A DNA stretch of 63,071 bases, counting the filler, from Aduncisulcus paluster (taxonomy: Eukaryota), in the NCBI GenBank assembly GCA_024181965.1. It is 13 parts of 13 records of this genome, joined end to end, with 100 filler letters (N's around TTAATTAATTAA, not from the genome) between each part and the next. Parts side by side here need not be neighbours in the genome. Positions count along the whole stretch, not along the records: positions 8,994 to 20,486 come from BQXS01011754.1; 12 more parts are not named here. One strand, written 5' to 3'. The notes under the pieces were generated by a model that saw only the letters and a list, made by a program, of their open reading frames with translations, did no database searches and was not told the origin of the DNA. Within the stretch, counting starts at the first letter, position 1, and the number at the start of each line of letters is the position of its first letter. Below, piece by piece: positions 8,995-20,586 of this stretch. The position numbers were made by a program, and so were the translations under genes.

Positions 8995-11480
8995 AAATGG
9001 AATCTTGATGCAAAGGATAGCGGTCCAACAACTCTCCAAAATACTCATTCAAATCCCTCATTGATGCATGAAGGAGAGAAAGAAAGCGATGAGAGTGAAG
9101 GAGAAGAAATCGACATTGATCAACACTCACCATCAGATATTGACAAGGCTCTCCGTCATGTGTTTGGACCTCCCACGATTCATCTTCCTTCCCAGTGGAC
9201 TCGAGAGGCCAAGTCGAAGAAAGGGACTGCATTGGGTCATCGAAGTCGGGCTGAGGATTGGGGTGTTGATGATGATGGTGTTTGTGGGCAATTTGAGTAT
9301 GAAAGCAGATGGAGTTCAACTCCTTACTCTCCCATGACCTCTGTATTCGTCTGTATCTCTGGGATTAGTGGTGGAATGATTCAAAGAAAAATTGTTGGGA
9401 ACTCTGGGTGGAAGAGAGAAGGGAAAGGAACAAAGAAACACTCTTCTCAGGGGCAAAATGATGACACTGACCAAACAACAGGAGATTCTTTGCTTTCATT
9501 GCTCGCTCATCATCCTGTTTCTCACCCTGATGATCCAAAAATAGATGACAAGCTTTATGATACCTCAATATCCGAAACATCAGGTGTTCCTTCTCTTTCT
9601 TCTTCCTCTTCAACGCATTTTCAGTTTTCTGAGCCAATATATTCCAAATCCCAACCTCTATACCGACGTCTGACCATTCTGGATCATTGTTGTTTCCTTG
9701 TAGCAGATGAGCCTGTCAGTTGTGATTGGTCCATCGAGGAGAAAAAGGCCCTTCAAGAGTGTGACAATGTATTTGGGATCACTCATGAGTGTATTTCTTC
9801 AGAACAAGCTGTTTTGCACTCTTCTCTGATCGATCACTGTGATATCGTGGAATCTCAGAGGATGGAAGAGGAGATCAAGGCTGAGGATGCACAAAGAATG
9901 TGGAATTGGAATGGGAAAAGAATTGGAATGCAACCAAAGGTTGGATCTCTTGAATCCTTCGATTCTCAATGGATTCGTCAAGATGGTGAGAAAAAAATGA
10001 TTGATTCTTTGAGCAAAATCATTGATAACGGTTCTTGGTTAGAGCGAAATATCCATAATATGGATGATATCCGAGATAAGAATTCATTTTTATTCAGAAT
10101 TCTTCTCAATCCCTTCATTTCTCCATTCCACTCATTGTCTTTTTCGTATAGGGAAGCATTTTGCTTATCAAAAGAGAATTTTCCTCTTGTTCGTTTCTAT
10201 GGTTCTCCATATTCACGCGGAAACCTCTCTCTTCCTCAAGAATCGTGTAAATTGATGTTTAATCTCTTGGCATATTCTTGGTCCTCGGACTCTGATAAAG
10301 TATTTTCACCGGCTTTGCGACTGTTTTCTGAGTTAGGTGTTCGTGCATGGAGCCAACCCTGTTGCGTTAGAGATATTTTCCCTTCAATGTGGAGCATGAT
10401 GAAGGAATATTACAGACAAAATAGAATGAAACTGAAGGATACGGAAGATTCTGATGATGAAATCGGTCCAAAACCGCCTCAAAATCAGATTGTTCTAAAA
10501 ATAGATGTTAAGTCTCCTCGGATACAATCCAGGATTGATCGTAAACTTTCTATGATTACTCTTCCATTCGGAAACCAACATCCTGATACGTTGAGTGATA
10601 GTCTATCTCTTTCCGTTGATATTTCGCTTGATGCAGCCCTTCTTGCGATTCCGAGGCTCTCTGTTTGTCGTATCACTCGTCAATCTGTGTATCCCTTATC
10701 TGTTCCTTCTTTGGGGTTGCTCAGTGTGTGTTATCGAATAATCCATTGGGTCAAGCAGATTCATTCACAATATAAACGGTGTACGAGAAGTCAATACTGG
10801 CTCTATTGGGTGTACACAGAGGGTGTTAGATTGTGGATAGATGTTGGCCTGATACCAACAGTTGAGTCAAGATCTAAAACATTATTCCTCGAGCTAAAAG
10901 ATGTTCCAATAACGTTGAGGCATGTTGTGGATGGGATAGTCCTCTGTGGTGGAGCTATTCTGTCTGTCGTATTCCAAATTGCCCTCATGTCTACTGTGGA
11001 TATTGTGCCAATGGTATCGATGGTAAAATGGACACAGCAGTTGATACCTCAAATAGAATTTATCCCACCGAGCTCTGTTATCATTTCTGCCCTNNNNNNN
11101 NNNNNNNNNNNNNAACGTTGAGGCATGTTGTGGATGGGATAGTCCTCTGTGGTGGAGCTATTCTGTCTGTCGTATTCCAAATTGCCCTCATGTCTACTGT
11201 GGATATTGTGCCAATGGTATCGATGGTAAAATGGACACAGCAGTTGATACCTCAAATAGAATTTATCCCACCGAGCTCTGTTATCATTTCTGCCCTGCTG
11301 TATGAATTCTTCTCGTTAAACCATTTCTCCTTGTGTGCCCAATCTTGTGGAGTTTTCCTTGAATACTCTTCAAGCTCTGAACTTATAAACGTGTTTTGTT
11401 CTTCAATTCCTGGCTATCATTGGAGACAATTTATTGGGAAAATGTTATTTTATCGTCATAACCGACCTCTGTTGTATTAG
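8995..11480 (+). CDS. Hypothetical protein, 5'-partial; continuous once the duplicated gap flank is collapsed
   Basis: Long open frame from the contig start; 10911-11093 is repeated at 11114-11296 across the 20-N gap. Confidence 0.75.
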
Positions 11481-12405
11481 ACATTTCCACTTAACTATTA
11501 TCTGAGATGTTTCATTCATTAGGATGCTAATGGGGTCGAAATAACAAGTTTTCAATTTTCATAATACCATATTAATCAATTATCTAATATTTCTAAGCGT
11601 TTTCAAGCTTGAGAGTTCTATTTTTAGAAAATCTATTTTTAGAATTCGGGCTATTATTTTTGGGAATTCCTAATGATTGCATCATTTTTGAATCAAATTA
11701 TTCAATATTATATCTCTTATTAGGTTTGATGGTCATTATTTTGAGGTCTGGATGAATAAATCTCAAAAGTTTCTCTTGTTTCCAGAATTGCTTCTTAAAT
11801 ATTTACTAATTGAGTAAAATTCTATTGAATCCATCAAAATAATGGGGTCATATCTATTTTTAGAAATTCTATTTTTAGAACACACATTTTCAAATTTCTT
11901 TAAAATTGGGTAAATCTCGGAAAATATTGAGTAATAGCAATGTTATTGTTGTCAAAAACTCCGAATCCAAAACACAAAACTTCCACGAAATGAATGTATC
12001 GATCAAAATGAAGAAAAGGATGAAGATGATGAGATGACCTAAAAGAATGCTCAAAATGCAGAAATGTCAGTTGGAAAACTAACAAGGAAGAAGAAATCGA
12101 CAGTGATTACAAAGTATTCCAGAGCAATCACGAAGAAATTAATTTCTTTTACTAAGTAAAATTAACTTATTTGATGGCAGAACTCTGCGCTTGTGCGAAA
12201 AGAAATAAACAAGGGCTTCCCTTTGAATAATTTCTTAGTTATTTGCTATCACAAAAATTAATACAATAGGAAGCAGACCTGGAATAGAATTATTTTACCT
12301 TTACCTAAATATTCACGACAACATTAAAAATAAAACAAAACAAAGAAAAGTTAAAAGAAAAAAGCGAGAAATAACAATTTAGATTGACAGATATCTTTGT
12401 TTTTG

Positions 12406-14007
12406 TTAACCAAGACAAGAAACGTCATTACTTGCTCCAAAAGGATCAAAATAGGATACCATTCCACTCTCAGTTCTATTTTTAGATCCAAATTGAGTAA
12501 TTCCACCATACACCAAGTCAACAAAAATACCAAAGAAGTCATCTCCATACCATATTTCAGGGTTTTTCATCACGTACATTCCCGAGTGGCTTGCTGGAAC
12601 ATCGAGATCACAATCCACAATCCAAGAAGTGAGCGAAACAGTCAGAGACGAATCCAATAAAACACATATAAAATATTCAAAAGATGTAACATTAATAACA
12701 CTTGAATATATTTCAGAATCTTTATCAAGAGATGCCGAATACATGTTAAATACAAACGGGCACCCATGAACTTCCCCGTCAGAATTGACATTGGGGGTCG
12801 GAATGGCAGCCAGAATCAGATCAAACGGCACAGCTGACACAACATCGATCCAGGAAGGTGTAGAAGCATCGATATCCTGAACTTGAAAGGTTAGATTAAA
12901 TCCATTCGTGTTAACACCAATTGCTGCTGGCATCATGGACACGTCAGGTACATCTCCAAGCTTCATAACAACTTGGAGAGGAGTGGAATCAGGATAATCA
13001 GAGAGAAACTCGGGAAGAGAGGAGAAAAACTGTCGTAAGGTGCCAAGAGTGAATGAATATGGGAAACTATCGAGATCTGTAGCCTCATATTCATAGTAGA
13101 AGAAGGAAGATTCGAGACGATTATAGGAATAGAAAGCGGAAGTAAGAAAATCAGGTTTAACAATGATCTGGAAATCCTTTTCGTTCACAATTGTAGGCAA
13201 TTCAGTGTAAGTATCCGGATCAATCTGGTAAAATCCATCAGCAGTTCCGTCGTAGAAAACTTCAGAAATGGGTTCTTCATAGTATCCATCATATATTATG
13301 GGATCTGATGTCACTCTCTGATCTCTCACAATTCCATGGGTCGGATCCACCTGGGAACACTTGCTCGACATCATCATGGGCTGAATAATCTCATTGATTA
13401 CATCTGCCATCTTATCATCAACTTCTTGCTCAATAGCAGTCTGGAGAAGGGGAGAAACAGTCTCAAGAAGATCGTTGAATAGCTCAGAAGTGTCTTGAGA
13501 GGAAAGAACGAAACTGCCAAAAGTGATTTTAATCTCTGAGAAACTAAAATTTTGGCAGTGATCTTGTTCAAAGAAAAAACCTTCAAAATAGGCATCAGCA
13601 TCAATAGCTGAAACCATAATATTACCTTTCTCATATGAATAAGGGAAAACCAACATTTTAAACGCAAATTCGAACGAAAGAACGATAGATAATTCTTGAG
13701 TTCTTACAACAAATCCAGTGGACTCTTCCAGATCAGTTTCAAAATTTCCAATTGAAGCAGAATCAAACATTATATCAGTGACATCTATTTGAGCAACATC
13801 AGTTTTTAAGGAAAAATCTGGGATCTGCTGAGACACCAATATTCCAATCAAATCATGTACTAGTGGATATATTAATTTTTCTAATCCAGGTTGCGTTGTA
13901 GTAAGCCTAACTGAAGGTAAAAGATCTTGTGATGCAGACGAACAAGCGAATAACGAAATCAATATCAAAACAAATAAAAAAACAGTAAATATCTGAGAAT
14001 ATTTCAT
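12406..14007 (-). CDS. BPI/LBP/CETP-family (TULIP) lipid-binding secreted protein
   Basis: Signal peptide MKYSQIFTVFLFVLILISLFACSSA, then PSVRLTTTQPGLEKL...L..QQIPD typical of the BPI N-terminus; about 530 aa. Confidence 0.75.
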   Translation of the reverse strand: MKYSQIFTVFLFVLILISLFACSSASQDLLPSVRLTTTQPGLEKLIYPLVHDLIGILVSQQIPDFSLKTDVAQIDVTDIMFDSASIGNFETDLEESTGFVVRTQELSIVLSFEFAFKMLVFPYSYEKGNIMVSAIDADAYFEGFFFEQDHCQNFSFSEIKITFGSFVLSSQDTSELFNDLLETVSPLLQTAIEQEVDDKMADVINEIIQPMMMSSKCSQVDPTHGIVRDQRVTSDPIIYDGYYEEPISEVFYDGTADGFYQIDPDTYTELPTIVNEKDFQIIVKPDFLTSAFYSYNRLESSFFYYEYEATDLDSFPYSFTLGTLRQFFSSLPEFLSDYPDSTPLQVVMKLGDVPDVSMMPAAIGVNTNGFNLTFQVQDIDASTPSWIDVVSAVPFDLILAAIPTPNVNSDGEVHGCPFVFNMYSASLDKDSEIYSSVINVTSFEYFICVLLDSSLTVSLTSWIVDCDLDVPASHSGMYVMKNPEIWYGDDFFGIFVDLVYGGITQFGSKNRTESGMVSYFDPFGASNDVSCLG

Positions 14008-14228
14008 CTTAACAACAAGTTGAAGAATAATATTCCGTAAAATAAAAAATATAATCGGTAATAGCGACAAAACATGAAGTTTCAATCCGAACTCAAAAAC
14101 GAAGCACAATTTATCTGGTTGAATTGTTAGATCTTTGATAATATTCCCATAAATCTTTTAAAATTCATTTCAATTCATGTAATTTGTATCAATCAAATAT
14201 TTTAAACATATCACCGTAAAGACGGACT

Positions 14229-16052
14229 TTATTTATCTTCAACAACTACAAACTCTTCATCTGGATCTTCATCAACATCTACATCAAGGGAAGTCAATTT
14301 TTGAATTTCTCTCTTCTTCAAATCCTCTGCGTTAATTCCCTTCACATTTGACATGGTCATATACGACAAGATTTGATCAGGAATTTCAGCCAAGGTTTCC
14401 TGAGCCAAAAACAAAGGAGAAAGAGCAACTTTGCTGAATTCAACAAATTGAACGATATCTCTCTTGGCATATTCCCCCTTACTATCCCTGAGTCTTCCAC
14501 CCAATCTCTTCCTTGTCTCGGCAGAGAGATCCTCTTTCTCAAGATCGCTATCTTTAGACGCAACCACCCCATCACCATCAATCCAGATCATATCGGAGAA
14601 ATCCTCATCTCCCACCCCGACAACTATGATGCTCAAGGGTAAATGGGATCCAGAGACGATTAAATCGACAGATTGCTTGATATCATTATTTTGACCATCA
14701 GTGACGATGACAAGGATCTCATAGCGTGTAGCAGGGCGTCTCTCACTCACATCATCAAGCATCCTGGCCAATGGTCTGCAATTATATTCGTGATCTTTCT
14801 GAGCCTTTTCAATAACGTGCTCGATAACCTTATGGAACACAGTGGGACCAGCAAATGATAGTTTTGGATTCTTGAGTGTCGATCTATACTGTTCGAGAAG
14901 CCTTGTGACACCTCTACTCTCTGTTTCCACAGCTGTAGCATCAAGAGGGAAGCAATGAGAGACTCCTTGGCCTTCAAGCATCATTCCAAACCCATATCCA
15001 TCAATAATTCGATCAGAACTATATGTTTCAAGAACAGACGCAACAGCACATATCGCTTCTTCATAAATAGTTGACTTTCCATCACTTATGAAGTGAAGAG
15101 ATGAACTCAAACCAGGATTCTTATTGCTCGATGTAAAATCAATTGCACACGATATAAAAATATCACAATGGCCGTTAGCAATGTAATCTAGGAAAGAGGG
15201 CTTCTTAAAGAGGACAAATTTATCGATTTTAAGGTAACCAGAGCCGGTGTAGGATTTCCCTTTTGATTTCATTTTTTCATGTTTCTTTTCATTAAATAAT
15301 ACTAAATTCTTTTCAGTTTTTCTCATAGCAATCATTTGAGATACGGTTGTCTCAGCAGATCCGATAAAATCATGATCTGAGTGTTTATCATAGTCATAAC
15401 ATTCAATTTTAACAGGTCTATCAACATCTCCATTACATAATGATTGAATAGACACCTCGATTGTAGGCCAAATTGGGTTAAGTGTGTCTTTAAGGACTTT
15501 GGTCCGAGCGACCTCAGACCAAGCCGAAGAACCTTCTTGAGAACGATATATACAAAGATATGGATCGGATGCTCCAAATACATCCTTTTTATCAATATCT
15601 AATGCAGCGAAGCGGATTTTAGCGAATAAAGATTGTGAACTTACGATTTCTCCTGAGACATGGAGTTTTCCAGGCATATTTACCTTACCTCCTTTCTTTT
15701 TAAGAAAATACTCTTCATCACAGGAGTCCAATAAAATTAGATCAGGGATTTTGATCTCGCACATACCAAGAAAATCATGTTTATGGAGATTGTCCAAATC
15801 TGGAGAATCCTTATCATAAATTGAAACTCTAACGACGTCATGGCTTTCAAAAGTATAAGGAACGATGAAATATTCAGGCCAATTCGGATTTAATGTGTCT
15901 TTGAGTACGGAAGAGCGACCAATAATAGTTGAAGCACCAGATTTCTTATTGAGAAGTTCAACAACCAAAAAAGGATCACTCTTACCGATTTTATCCGTGT
16001 CTTTCAAGTTTGAAGCACGAAATTTTAATTCATACTGTCCCAGAATCCCCAT
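14229..16052 (-). CDS. Copine (C2-C2-vWA)
   Basis: Two C2 domains (DTDKIGKSDPF, DVFGASDPY, YDYD...HDFIG) and a vWA domain (IDFTSSN, YGFG, GPT.F, IVTDG, PLSIIVVGVG, RDIVQFV). Confidence 0.95.
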   Translation of the reverse strand: MGILGQYELKFRASNLKDTDKIGKSDPFLVVELLNKKSGASTIIGRSSVLKDTLNPNWPEYFIVPYTFESHDVVRVSIYDKDSPDLDNLHKHDFLGMCEIKIPDLILLDSCDEEYFLKKKGGKVNMPGKLHVSGEIVSSQSLFAKIRFAALDIDKKDVFGASDPYLCIYRSQEGSSAWSEVARTKVLKDTLNPIWPTIEVSIQSLCNGDVDRPVKIECYDYDKHSDHDFIGSAETTVSQMIAMRKTEKNLVLFNEKKHEKMKSKGKSYTGSGYLKIDKFVLFKKPSFLDYIANGHCDIFISCAIDFTSSNKNPGLSSSLHFISDGKSTIYEEAICAVASVLETYSSDRIIDGYGFGMMLEGQGVSHCFPLDATAVETESRGVTRLLEQYRSTLKNPKLSFAGPTVFHKVIEHVIEKAQKDHEYNCRPLARMLDDVSERRPATRYEILVIVTDGQNNDIKQSVDLIVSGSHLPLSIIVVGVGDEDFSDMIWIDGDGVVASKDSDLEKEDLSAETRKRLGGRLRDSKGEYAKRDIVQFVEFSKVALSPLFLAQETLAEIPDQILSYMTMSNVKGINAEDLKKREIQKLTSLDVDVDEDPDEEFVVVEDK

Positions 16053-16242
16053 GTTGCAAAAACTACGATCTGGGAAATCCCACCCATAAATAAAGATATG
16101 ATTGTGATGAATTCTCTTAAATTCATCTAATAACGGATAATAAATAGATTTTTAACTACTTTTGTATTTGTATACTCATTTTTCTGATTTTGGGTTGCTG
16201 AGCTTTCAGTCGAGGATTTCCCGCGGGTTTTAATGGCGTGGA

Positions 16243-18195
16243 ATGAAAAGGAAAAAAGATGATATCGTCCAAGTTAAAACGAACAAAAAAACCCCTTCAG
16301 AGAAATTTTGTGTTCCCAATCGAGTCGGGAAGATAATTGAGGAAGATAGAGATCCAACATCATTAGAATGGAGATATCAAATTCAATTTTTGAATTGTAA
16401 ATATGAACAATGTTGGTGTTATTCCTCCCAACTTCAAGAAATATCGATTTCCTCAATCCTTGACTCTCCCTTTAAACCAGGTGATTGGGTTGAAACAATT
16501 TGTCCTGTTGATATTCTAAAAATGGGTTCCATTGGAAGAATATCAGCAATTATAAGTGCTTCTTCTGTTAGGATCGACTTTGCTTGTGATATATCCGTGT
16601 TGTTGACCTTTGAAATTGATTTTGAATATATCAAAAAATCTCCAAGAAAATTCAAGATAGGAGATAGAGTAATCAATTCTTCTGGCCAAATAGGTTTTGT
16701 CATGGATTATGCCTCCCCGCCTTTCTCCAATTTCCATGTTCTTGTCTCAATGGAATCTGATGTACTCAATAGATATCCGGAAAGTTCTTTATTATTATTT
16801 AAACCAACCATTCAAACCGATGAAGAAGAGGAAGATGACTCTTCATGTCATGATCTACCTACTACTCTCAATGTCGATGGCTTTGATTCCTCCGATTATG
16901 ATGATTCCTCCGATTATGATGATTCCTCAGTTAGTATGGTACAATATACTGATACGGATAAAGAGAAATTAACAGCATCACTATCTACATCCGATCATTG
17001 GATATATCATGATGATAAATCTGGATCGTCTGAGTTCCTCAAAACTATCAAATTCTTATGTATAATTGGTGAAGGTGGATTTAGTATTATTTATCTTGTT
17101 GCTATCGAAGGAAAGATTCATATTCTAAAGAAATTAAAGGATAGAAAGACAATACCTATTAAAAATCAAGTTGAAAAAGAGTATAAAATGCTTTTGAAAT
17201 TGTTCGATTATTGTCCGCATCGAATTGTAATGCCAACTTATGGTCTTGACACATTTCCATATCATAGAAAAATTGAACCCTCATTCGCTTTTTGCACTGA
17301 GTTCTGTCAAGGAAGAAGTATTTATCATTGCATTAAGAGTTGGTGCCTCAAAGAAGATACAATTAATCCCCTTGAAATGGATGAAACACTCGATGCACAT
17401 GCCATTAATCCACTACGCATTGCATCGTTGTGCATTGAAATGATTGAGTGTATGTATGACATAATATCTGAAATTCCAGAGCTGATCCATCGAGATATCA
17501 AACCAGACAATTTTTTAATTAGGGTTGAAAATGATTTAGATTCTCACGAACATCACTCCAAAAGATCTTGCGTTCGTGTTGTACTTGCTGACTTTGGTTT
17601 GTCAGATTTTGATCAAAAAGATGAAGAATTCTCCTCTTTCGAACCAAGACAAGTGAAGGGAACTCCATGTTATTGTGCCCCAGAAATTCTTAGAGATGGA
17701 ATTGGATGTTCGTCAAGACATAGTGATATTTGGAGTCTTGGAATGTGTATTTGGGCCATATTTAATCTCAAAGATCCATTATTTACTGAAATTGAACATT
17801 TATCTGATCCTAAGAAAATAATCAAACAAATATCTTCTTGCATTTCAAAACATAAACTCCCATCCTTGGAAGATTCAATTATTTTCCAAAAGCTCCGTGA
17901 TTTTCAACAATCGAGTGATATTCCAGAGTTTGCCAAAAGATTGAACAAGGCTTATAAATCAATGATCGAAATCGATCCGGAGCGTAGAATTAGCATACCA
18001 GATGCTTGGGATAAAATTCGTGAGTTTAAGGAAGTATTTCCAGTGTTCGGAGAAGGATGGAAAATGTCCACTATTCATGATATCATTGAATCTCAGCTCA
18101 CTGAATACGGCCGACCAACTATTTCTCTGGAAGAATCCTTGAATTCCCCATCCAAAGTTCCGTTTGATTCCGAGTCAGAATCTGATCCAATTTGA
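16243..18195 (+). CDS. Ser/Thr protein kinase with N-terminal beta-barrel-like (Tudor/KOW-like) repeats
   Basis: GEGGFS, ILKK, HRDIKPDN, DFG, GTPCYCAPE, DIWSLG and PERR; N-terminal FKPGDWVE and FKIGDRVI. Confidence 0.9.
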   Translation: MKRKKDDIVQVKTNKKTPSEKFCVPNRVGKIIEEDRDPTSLEWRYQIQFLNCKYEQCWCYSSQLQEISISSILDSPFKPGDWVETICPVDILKMGSIGRISAIISASSVRIDFACDISVLLTFEIDFEYIKKSPRKFKIGDRVINSSGQIGFVMDYASPPFSNFHVLVSMESDVLNRYPESSLLLFKPTIQTDEEEEDDSSCHDLPTTLNVDGFDSSDYDDSSDYDDSSVSMVQYTDTDKEKLTASLSTSDHWIYHDDKSGSSEFLKTIKFLCIIGEGGFSIIYLVAIEGKIHILKKLKDRKTIPIKNQVEKEYKMLLKLFDYCPHRIVMPTYGLDTFPYHRKIEPSFAFCTEFCQGRSIYHCIKSWCLKEDTINPLEMDETLDAHAINPLRIASLCIEMIECMYDIISEIPELIHRDIKPDNFLIRVENDLDSHEHHSKRSCVRVVLADFGLSDFDQKDEEFSSFEPRQVKGTPCYCAPEILRDGIGCSSRHSDIWSLGMCIWAIFNLKDPLFTEIEHLSDPKKIIKQISSCISKHKLPSLEDSIIFQKLRDFQQSSDIPEFAKRLNKAYKSMIEIDPERRISIPDAWDKIREFKEVFPVFGEGWKMSTIHDIIESQLTEYGRPTISLEESLNSPSKVPFDSESESDPI

Positions 18196-18509
18196 GAGTA
18201 GCCCGAATAAGAAAATATATGGAGATTTATTGGTTTTAATTTCACATATTATATATTGTATATATGAAGCAAGGGAGATATGAAAGAAAAAATCACATTC
18301 AAGTCGTATAAAAACTTCAAAACATTGAGAAAGTCCTCAAAAAGGGGAATATTATCTCATTGCAACATATATCCATGATAAAGACCAAGATTAACACATT
18401 GAATTCAATGAATTTGACACAGAAATTTGATCATATTCATTAATATATTCCATTGGACTCCAATACATTGGAGAACACATTCATATTTAAATAAAATTGT
18501 TCTTGGAAA

Positions 18510-20486
18510 TCAAAGAAAAGAGTCTAAAAGTTGAAGTTGAGAAGCAACATCGACACACTTAACGCAAATATCGCAAGGACAACGACCGGAAGCCATCTTT
18601 AAAAGACAAGCAACAATGTCGTATACCTTATCATAAAAAGGGTTATAATTATCACAATCTTCGACGTGGTCAGACAAAGTAGAAATCCCAAGATACACTC
18701 CTTGGCGTTCATCATCTTCCTTTGACTGAGTTCCATTCCCTTGTTTTCTCCTGCCTTCGCGACGTTCAGACTCAGCCTCAACCTCTTGCTCAACGACTCC
18801 AATTGCTGCACACACAACGCCAAGATCCTCTCCTTCGTTCCACAAGGATAAAGCAGACAAGATAAGAGATCCAATCTCAACGCCCACAAGGAAATGCAAG
18901 AAAGAGAGAAGAGAGGATGACAGAGAGGAGAGAGACCTTGGGGGGAAAGACAATGGGGATAGCAAAGAAGGAGAAAAGGCAGAAGGACTCACGTTCTTCC
19001 CTTCTCCTTCTTCTCCTTCTTCTCCTTCTTCTCCTTCACATTGCTGGAGTTCAGACTCAAGAGATTTTGAGGCCTGAGGGGGAGTAAATACATGGGGCAC
19101 TGATGAAGGTGGGAATAATGAAGTAGGGAGCTTAAAGGAATCAAGCTTAACAGGAGGGTTTATAAGACGTAATGTGGCAGCAATATCATCCTCATCGATA
19201 ACAGAATCCTCCTTAAGCTCCGTATCCTCATCTCTCCTATGTTTCCTCTTCCTCCTTCTCTTCCTTCTCTTCCTTTTCTTCTTCTCATCACCTTCAGGCT
19301 CAAGCTCAGAGAGAGAAAACTTATCTTCACCATCCTTGGGCTCAATACGACTCTTGACCATGCCTTCTTCCTTATCTGTTGAGATAGAGGCTGTATCCTT
19401 GTCGAATGAGACATGCTTGGGTGCATCTTCGGTCGGAGGTTTCTCTCCAGGTGTTTTTACATCTGCAGGAATATCTGATCTATCTTCTTTCTTCTGTTTA
19501 ATATCAACCGTTTGATCTTCTTGAATAACCACAGTTGACTCATCTTTCTTCCCTTTCTTCTCTCCTTCCTTCTTCTGCTCTCTTCCTTCCTCTTTCTTTT
19601 TCTTCTGCTCTTCTCCAACCATTATGACACTTTGAACCATGACCTCCTCAGCTACGTCTGCAACCATCCTCTCGGTGCGCTCAATGTCAGAACGAAGGGC
19701 ACGAAGTCTATGATCATGTCTCTCAAGAATTGACACCAACTCAGTATCAACAGAGACCTCATCTACGGCAGAACTCACCTCCTCTTCCTTTTCTTCCTCT
19801 TCTTCTTCTTGCACTTCTTCTTTGCTTTTCTCTTCAGATGGCTCAATTGCACATTGTTTCCCACCCTCATGGCCAACCATAGACGACTCATCATCATCCT
19901 CTCCAATAACCTTTACAATAGCATCATGTGAAGCTGCTTTTACATCGACAACAACCACATCCACTTCAACCTCTTCCTTGATGGTGGTTTCATCAGCCTT
20001 GAGAGTGGCTTCATCAGTGTCGATATGTCTCTCCTTATCACTGGAAACCTTGGCTTCCTTTGAATCTACTTGAGTAACAGATTGTTGGACATCCTTATGC
20101 TCAGGTTTAACCTCTTTCCCATCCAACATACGTTGTTCTCTCCTCGCTTTCTCTTTTTCCTCATATTCTTTGTCCATTCTCTCCCTCTCAAGCGTATCTG
20201 GGAGTTTCCAATCCTTTCTCACGACGGGAATAAGGTCAGCCTTATGTTTCTTCTCTTCAAGCTCTTTCTGTCGCTTGGCATCTCTCTCCTCTTGCTTCTT
20301 CTTCTCCTCTTGCTCTCTTCGTTTCTGCTGATCAGCACCATAGATAGAAATATTAGATCGTTTGCGAAGATTATTAAGATATTTCTGCGTGAGCTCATCA
20401 CGTTCCCGTTGGAAGCTGAGGATTTCTTTCCTCCATTCGATCCCATCAGAGTCCTGATCTTGACGACCAGGCTGTTCATATGATGA
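18510..20486 (-). CDS. E/K-rich coiled-coil hypothetical protein, 5'-partial
   Basis: The frame stays open upstream of GTG 20222 (...KKHKADLIPVVRKDW) to the contig end. Confidence 0.7.
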   Translation of the reverse strand, partial: SSYEQPGRQDQDSDGIEWRKEILSFQRERDELTQKYLNNLRKRSNISIYGADQQKRREQEEKKKQEERDAKRQKELEEKKHKADLIPVVRKDWKLPDTLERERMDKEYEEKEKARREQRMLDGKEVKPEHKDVQQSVTQVDSKEAKVSSDKERHIDTDEATLKADETTIKEEVEVDVVVVDVKAASHDAIVKVIGEDDDESSMVGHEGGKQCAIEPSEEKSKEEVQEEEEEEKEEEVSSAVDEVSVDTELVSILERHDHRLRALRSDIERTERMVADVAEEVMVQSVIMVGEEQKKKKEEGREQKKEGEKKGKKDESTVVIQEDQTVDIKQKKEDRSDIPADVKTPGEKPPTEDAPKHVSFDKDTASISTDKEEGMVKSRIEPKDGEDKFSLSELEPEGDEKKKRKRRKRRRKRKHRRDEDTELKEDSVIDEDDIAATLRLINPPVKLDSFKLPTSLFPPSSVPHVFTPPQASKSLESELQQCEGEEGEEGEEGEGKNVSPSAFSPSLLSPLSFPPRSLSSLSSSLLSFLHFLVGVEIGSLILSALSLWNEGEDLGVVCAAIGVVEQEVEAESERREGRRKQGNGTQSKEDDERQGVYLGISTLSDHVEDCDNYNPFYDKVYDIVACLLKMASGRCPCDICVKCVDVASQLQLLDSFL

Positions 20487-20586
20487 NNNNNNNNNNNNNN
20501 NNNNNNNNNNNNNNNNNNNNNNNNNNNNNNTTAATTAATTAANNNNNNNNNNNNNNNNNNNNNNNNNNNNNNNNNNNNNNNNNNNN

